Shown here: positions 16,142 through 20,079 of the stretch, in pieces | Position numbering within the stretch: the stretch's first letter is position 1 | Layout of the letters: every line of letters starts with the position of its first letter | Assembly: GCA_965371515.1 (NCBI GenBank) | Contig: CBDUYR010000050.1 | Span: 1 to 20,079, forward strand | DNA: 20,079 nucleotides | DNA from: an uncultured bacterium | GTDB lineage: Bacteria; Krumholzibacteriota; Krumholzibacteriia; Krumholzibacteriales; Krumholzibacteriaceae | Direction of reading: 5' to 3' | Position numbers and translations under genes: made by a program | Notes under the pieces: model-generated | Seen by the model: only the letters and a program-made list of their open reading frames with translations | Database searches by the model: none | What the model was told of the DNA's origin: nothing

Positions 16142-16747
16142 TTATTCTTCCCATTTTTCGACGGTACCGTCGATGAGCCAGATGTAACTCTTCTTCGCCC
16201 GCTGTCTCGGATCCCTGTAGATCCACTGCTCGGCATGCTCGTTACCGATATCGTTGGAAAGCATCTCGTCCGGCCATCCCCACGACTCGATCGCCGCCTC
16301 GCGATTCATGCCCTTGAATAGCTCGTTGTCCCTGACCGCCCTCGCCGTTCGTTTGCCATATTCACGAAGGTTCATCCTGTAGCGTTTTTCCGGCTTGTCG
16401 TACCAGAACAGCCTTTTCATAGCCTCCTCGAAGGCCTCCGAGGTCACCGGCCGGTCGAGATTGAGAGCGTGCCTGTACTTGCGCTTGTTCGGGCCCTTGA
16501 CGCCGACGGCGGTCCCCCAGTGGAGATCCAGCTCTACTATCTCTATCTCTGTCCCGCGGTCGATGATTCCGGTCTGCTTGATATCGACGATCAGCGCCCT
16601 GGTCCAGGCCGTACGGCCGACATACTTCTCGCCGAGACTATCCATTTCCTCGATGGGAATATCCTTGTCAACAGTCTTGTATGCGCCGCAGCCCGATACG
16701 AGAAGCAACATGCAGAGAGCCGGAAGCATATACTTCTTGGCGTTCAA
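16142..16747 (-). CDS. Hypothetical lipoprotein with a C-terminal SmpA/OmlA(BamE)-like motif
   Basis: AAGGAGG SD 7 nt before TTG 16747, lipobox LVSG-C, and C-terminal 'KGMNREAAIESWGWP...EQWIY...YIWLIDGTVEKW'. Confidence 0.75.
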   Translation of the reverse strand: MNAKKYMLPALCMLLLVSGCGAYKTVDKDIPIEEMDSLGEKYVGRTAWTRALIVDIKQTGIIDRGTEIEIVELDLHWGTAVGVKGPNKRKYRHALNLDRPVTSEAFEEAMKRLFWYDKPEKRYRMNLREYGKRTARAVRDNELFKGMNREAAIESWGWPDEMLSNDIGNEHAEQWIYRDPRQRAKKSYIWLIDGTVEKWEE

Positions 16748-16824
16748 TCGATTTCCTCCTTGATGACCGTTCATCTATTCACAAAGTCAAAATAGAGACA
16801 TAACCCCGCATAATCAAGAATTTT

Positions 16825-17190
16825 CTAGGATACTCCCCTGAGGTGGTCCAGTGTCATCCTGTCCCGGGGCCGGTCGATCTCGACGGCGACCACATCGATC
16901 CTGATTTCGGCGAATTTCCGCCGGTCGCCTGACCGGTTCAGATACCTGCCGGCCGCACGCCTTATTCCAAGAAGTTTCTTTCTTCCCACCGCCTCGGCCG
17001 GGCTGCCGAACCGGCAGCTCCTCCTCGTCTTGACCTCGACGAAGACAAGGCATTCTCCGTCGACGGCCACGATATCTATCTCGTTTCTACCTATCCGCAG
17101 ATTTCTCTCAATGATCCCATATCCGATCAGATTCAGGTATGCGGCGGCTATTGTCTCCCCGATCCTTCCGCAGTCCGGATTCCCCTTCAC
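16825..17190 (-). CDS. yraN: YraN family (UPF0102) endonuclease-like protein
   Basis: '[12 protein letters not shown]...GYGIIERN.R...[17 protein letters not shown]...FGSPAEAV', 'IRIDVVAV'. Located after rnhB. Confidence 0.92.
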   Translation of the reverse strand: MKGNPDCGRIGETIAAAYLNLIGYGIIERNLRIGRNEIDIVAVDGECLVFVEVKTRRSCRFGSPAEAVGRKKLLGIRRAAGRYLNRSGDRRKFAEIRIDVVAVEIDRPRDRMTLDHLRGVS

Positions 17191-17206
17191 ATCTTCCTCC
17201 CTTCCC

Positions 17207-17827
17207 TCAGACCTTTACCCGAAAACTCCTCCTGTGTATCGGGCTGCGGCCGAGACGTCCGATCGCCTCTCTGTGCTGCGCAGTCCCGTATCCCTTGTTC
17301 CTTGTAAAACCGTAATCCGGATACTCGCCGTCTCTCTCTCGCATTATCCGGTCTCTAGTGACCTTCGCCAGGATAGAGGCGGCAGCTATCGAAAAACTCA
17401 GACCGTCTCCGCTCTTGATCGCCTCGCAGCGTCCGGTGAGCGCTGGCAGATGCAACCCGTCCACAAGGATCAGCGAAGGCTTCCTCTCCAGCCCCTCTAC
17501 GGCGATCTTCATCGCCTTCAGCGTAGCTCTGAGGATATTGATCCGGTCTATCTCGTCATGCCCGACGATGCCCGTCGAACACGCCGTGCTCTTCTCCACG
17601 ATCAGCTCGTAGAGCCTCTCCCTCGTCTTCTCCGTGAGGAGCTTGCTGTCCCTGACCTCGTGAAGCTCTTCACAGGGACTGCAGATGACTGCTCCGGCGA
17701 CCACCGGGCCCGCGAGCGCTCCCCGTCCGGCCTCGTCGACTCCCGCGATGAACCCCCGTGCCTCGCCGGCCCTGCGCCGGTCGAACAGCACGAGATCCTC
17801 GAAACGTACGCGGGAGGAAGGCGTCAT
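17207..17827 (-). CDS. rnhB: Ribonuclease HII
   Basis: '[20 protein letters not shown]', 'DSKLL', '[10 protein letters not shown]', 'LVDG', '[14 protein letters not shown]', 'NKGYGT..H', 'IHRRSF'. Confidence 0.96.
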   Translation of the reverse strand: MTPSSRVRFEDLVLFDRRRAGEARGFIAGVDEAGRGALAGPVVAGAVICSPCEELHEVRDSKLLTEKTRERLYELIVEKSTACSTGIVGHDEIDRINILRATLKAMKIAVEGLERKPSLILVDGLHLPALTGRCEAIKSGDGLSFSIAAASILAKVTRDRIMRERDGEYPDYGFTRNKGYGTAQHREAIGRLGRSPIHRRSFRVKV

Positions 17828-18180
17828 CGCGAAGGCCTGTCGGTCTTCTCCTTGATCCTTGCCGCCTTGCCCTTGAGTCCGCGGAGGTAGAAGAGCCTGG
17901 CCCTTCTGACTTTGCCCCTACGCAGGACCTTGAGTCCCGCCAGGTTGGGCGAGTGAAGGGGAAATATGCGCTCGACGGCGATCCCCTGGCTGACTTTCCT
18001 GACCGTGAAGGTCGCGCCGACGCCGCTGCCCTTCTTCTGGATCACGATCCCCTGAAACGCCTGCACCCTCTCGCGCTCTCCCTCGACGACCTTGATGTCG
18101 CACTTTACGGTATCGCCCACTGCGAACTGCGGGATCTCGTCCCTGATATGCTTTGCGGAAACCTGATCGAGGATATCCAT
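17824..18180 (-). CDS. rplS: 50S ribosomal protein L19
   Basis: 'IPQFAVGDTV....KVVEGERERVQAFQGIVI', 'TFTVRKVSQGIAVERIFPLHSP', 'GKVRRARLFYLR'. AGGAGG SD before ATG 18180. Confidence 0.97.
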   Translation of the reverse strand: MDILDQVSAKHIRDEIPQFAVGDTVKCDIKVVEGERERVQAFQGIVIQKKGSGVGATFTVRKVSQGIAVERIFPLHSPNLAGLKVLRRGKVRRARLFYLRGLKGKAARIKEKTDRPSR

Positions 18181-18253
18181 CTCTCCTCCTTGTAACAATT
18201 GCTGTCTGTTCTACCTTTCATCAATCAACTGATCACGGCTGTACGAGACCTTC

Positions 18254-18949
18254 TTAGCTGTCGTCCAGCAGGTCAGGCCGCAGCCGTTTCGTTCTTTCGA
18301 GCGCCGACTCTCTTCTCCACTCTTCGATCTTCGCGTGGTTCCCCGACTGGAGAATCTCAGGAACCTTCAGCCCCCTGTATTCGGAAGGCCTTGTGTAATA
18401 CGCGGCGTCGAGCATGAATTCCCTTTCGCGTGAGAAGGAATCGGTGTCCCTGCTCCGCTCATCGCCTATCACTCCCGGCAGGTTCCTTATGACGGCGTCG
18501 GCCACCACCAGGGCGGGGAGTTCCCCACCGCTCAGTATATAATCACCGATAGAGATAGTATCGGTTACTACCAGTTCGTCGACCCTCGCGTCGACCCCCT
18601 TGTACCGTCCGCAGACGAATACGATCTTTTCGCGGCGGGCCAGTTCCATCGCAATCGACTGGTCGAATCTCCTGCCCGTCGGCGACATGAGGATCACGGG
18701 AACCTCTCCCGCCTCTTCGGGGCTTCTCACCGATTCGACAGCCTCGACGAAGGGGGGAGCCATCATCACCATGCCCGGCCCTCCCCCATAGGGATAATCG
18801 TCGACCGATCCATGCTTGTCGACCGCGAAATCCCTCAGGTCAACCACCTTGTAATCCGCGGCTCCCTTTTTCGCCGCAATATCGAGCATCCCCGAGGCCA
18901 GCGGTCCGGACATCATTCCCGGGAATATCGTTATAAAACAAATCTCCAT
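18254..18949 (-). CDS. trmD: tRNA (guanine-N1)-methyltransferase
   Basis: 'ITIFPGM', 'VDDYPYGGGPGMVM', 'CGRYKGVDARV', 'SIGDYILSGGELPA', 'YTRP..YRGLKVPEILQSGNHAKIEEWR'. Confidence 0.97.
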   Translation of the reverse strand: MEICFITIFPGMMSGPLASGMLDIAAKKGAADYKVVDLRDFAVDKHGSVDDYPYGGGPGMVMMAPPFVEAVESVRSPEEAGEVPVILMSPTGRRFDQSIAMELARREKIVFVCGRYKGVDARVDELVVTDTISIGDYILSGGELPALVVADAVIRNLPGVIGDERSRDTDSFSREREFMLDAAYYTRPSEYRGLKVPEILQSGNHAKIEEWRRESALERTKRLRPDLLDDS

Positions 18950-18962
18950 CCTCGGCCGCTCC

Positions 18963-19487
18963 TCACCACTCTATGTCGAGCAGGCCCTCGGGTGGATCGA
19001 TGACAATCACACCGCCCTCGAGATCAGTCTCGACGATGACCTCGGGCACAACGGGAACAGCCCTCCTGCCGTTTTCCGTCTCGACGATCAGGCATCTCTG
19101 CGCCGGCCCTATCAGCATGTCCACGACTACTCCCGCCCGGTCACCGTTCTTCAGCCTGACCTCGGCTCCCATGACCTGGAAGGGCTTGAGCTCTTCGGGC
19201 AATTCCGCCTCGGTCAGAGAACCGGTCGAGATATCGAGCCTGCTTCCGATCATCAGCTCGGAGTCGTCCCTGGATTCGATGCCATCGAGCTTGATGATAT
19301 ACGTGTTGCCCTTCGGCCTGTATTTCTCGACCCGGACCCTGCGGTGGAGATCGTCCGGCGTTACCAGGTCCAGTCCGTCGAACGTAAGCGCTTCGATCCA
19401 GAAGTCGGGACCGGGGAGAAGCTTGAGCTCTCCCTTAAGGCCTACGGCTTTCACAATGCTGCCGAGTGTCACGGTCTCGACCGTCAT
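18963..19487 (-). CDS. rimM: 16S rRNA processing protein RimM
   Basis: 'LGSIVKAVGLKGELK', 'IIKLDGIESRDDSE', a PRC-barrel C-terminus 'VIVIDPPEGLLD', and conserved synteny. Confidence 0.93.
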   Translation of the reverse strand: MTVETVTLGSIVKAVGLKGELKLLPGPDFWIEALTFDGLDLVTPDDLHRRVRVEKYRPKGNTYIIKLDGIESRDDSELMIGSRLDISTGSLTEAELPEELKPFQVMGAEVRLKNGDRAGVVVDMLIGPAQRCLIVETENGRRAVPVVPEVIVETDLEGGVIVIDPPEGLLDIEW

Positions 19488-19497
19488 GACCTGCTCC

Positions 19498-19743
19498 CTA
19501 TTCCCGGATCTCCAGGAGCACCTTCTCGCCCATTCTCGTAGCGGCCGCGTTCACCAGGGCCCTGAGAGCTTTGGCGGTCTGCCCGTTCCTTCCGATGACC
19601 TTGCCAACATCATCCTTGTCAACGGAAAGCACCAGTATGATCGTTTCGTCGCGGTTCTCCTCTGATAACCTGATCGCGTCCGGCTTGTCGACGAGCATCT
19701 CGGAGATCCGCCGGATCATCGTACTTATTTTTTCAGTCTTCAT
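19498..19743 (-). CDS. khpA: KH-domain RNA-binding protein KhpA (YlqC)
   Basis: 'LVDKPDAI', 'LSVDKDDVGKVIGRNGQTAKALRALV', located directly upstream of rimM. Confidence 0.93.
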   Translation of the reverse strand: MKTEKISTMIRRISEMLVDKPDAIRLSEENRDETIILVLSVDKDDVGKVIGRNGQTAKALRALVNAAATRMGEKVLLEIRE

Positions 19744-19786
19744 CTTTCAATTACCTTCGAAAGAGACAATCGTGCGGAGAAGCCCG

Positions 19787-20079
19787 TCAGGACTTCTTCT
19801 CCTCGCCGGATTCTTCCGCCGGCGCTTCGGCCTCTTCTGCCGGCTTTTCTTCTGCCGGCTTTTCTTCTGCGACAGGGGTCTCCTCAGCGGGAGCCTCTTT
19901 TACCGGTACTTCTTCTTCGGTCTTTTCAGGCTTTGCTTCTTCTTCGACAGCTTTCGCTTCCTCGACAGCCTTCGCTTCCTCGACAGGCTTCGCTTCCTCG
20001 ACAGCTTTCGCTTCCTCGACAGCCTTCGCTTCCTCGACAGCCTTCGCTTCCTCGACAGGCTTCGCTTCCTCGACAGCTT
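19787..20079 (-). CDS. C-terminal acidic repetitive extension of a protein truncated at the window edge, probably 30S ribosomal protein S16
   Basis: Open frame ...AVEEAKPVEEAKAVEEAK...PEKTEEEVPVKEAPAEETPVAEEKPAEEKPAEEAEAPAEESGEEKKS* (TGA 19789-19787). The rpsP identity is inferred only from the rpsP-khpA-rimM-trmD-rplS synteny; the S16 core is not visible. Confidence 0.7.
   Translation of the reverse strand, partial: AVEEAKPVEEAKAVEEAKAVEEAKAVEEAKPVEEAKAVEEAKAVEEEAKPEKTEEEVPVKEAPAEETPVAEEKPAEEKPAEEAEAPAEESGEEKKS
19935..20079 (-). repeat. 18-bp coding tandem repeat (at least 7 full units plus 1 degenerate unit) encoding K[A/P]VEEA
   Basis: The + strand unit TTCGCTTCCTCGACAGNN starts at 19953, 19971, 19989, 20007, 20025, 20043 and 20061, and runs off the window end. 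Confidence 0.95.

Noticed and set aside
15970..16176. 68-aa ORF as the product of the perfect promoter
   Set aside because: It has no properly spaced SD, runs through two terminator structures, overlaps the lipoprotein 3' end and has no recognisable protein features.
3458..17890. Long antisense/alternate-frame ORFs (e.g. 3458-4417, 10031-10873, 14416-15489, 17030-17890, 10981-11691)
   Set aside because: Shadow ORFs expected from high GC and codon bias. They overlap well-supported genes and have no recognisable motifs.

Overview
GC-rich bacterial chromosomal window, probably from an FCB-group lineage such as Krumholzibacteriota/Latescibacterota. That assignment is inferred only from a secreted protein with a YPNPFNP...SGIYFIRL FlgD-Ig/Por-type C-terminal tail. 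Left part: the tail of an M24 peptidase, a GT-C-like membrane glycosyltransferase, an O-antigen ligase/polymerase-like protein, an M29 aminopeptidase, and a tightly coupled operon of GT2 glycosyltransferase, DUF2304, LPG-synthase/flippase-like protein and a secreted M14 carboxypeptidase. Middle: a FmdB zinc-ribbon protein, L-lysine 6-transaminase, a small secreted protein and three transporters (EamA, NSS/SNF, and an AGCS protein with a large insertion). Right: a lipoprotein and the conserved (rpsP)-khpA-rimM-trmD-rplS-rnhB-yraN cluster; the window ends inside an 18-bp tandem repeat in the presumed S16 tail. The most interesting signals are non-coding. (1) An orphan perfect TTGACA-N17-TATAAT promoter drives a ~115-nt transcript that ends in a hairpin and U-tract and has no credible ORF (candidate sRNA, 15910-16062). 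(2) A ~200-nt multi-stem minus-strand RNA element lies upstream of lat (10984-11185) and matches no family I can recognise. I saw no mobile elements, CRISPR arrays, tRNAs or rRNAs.
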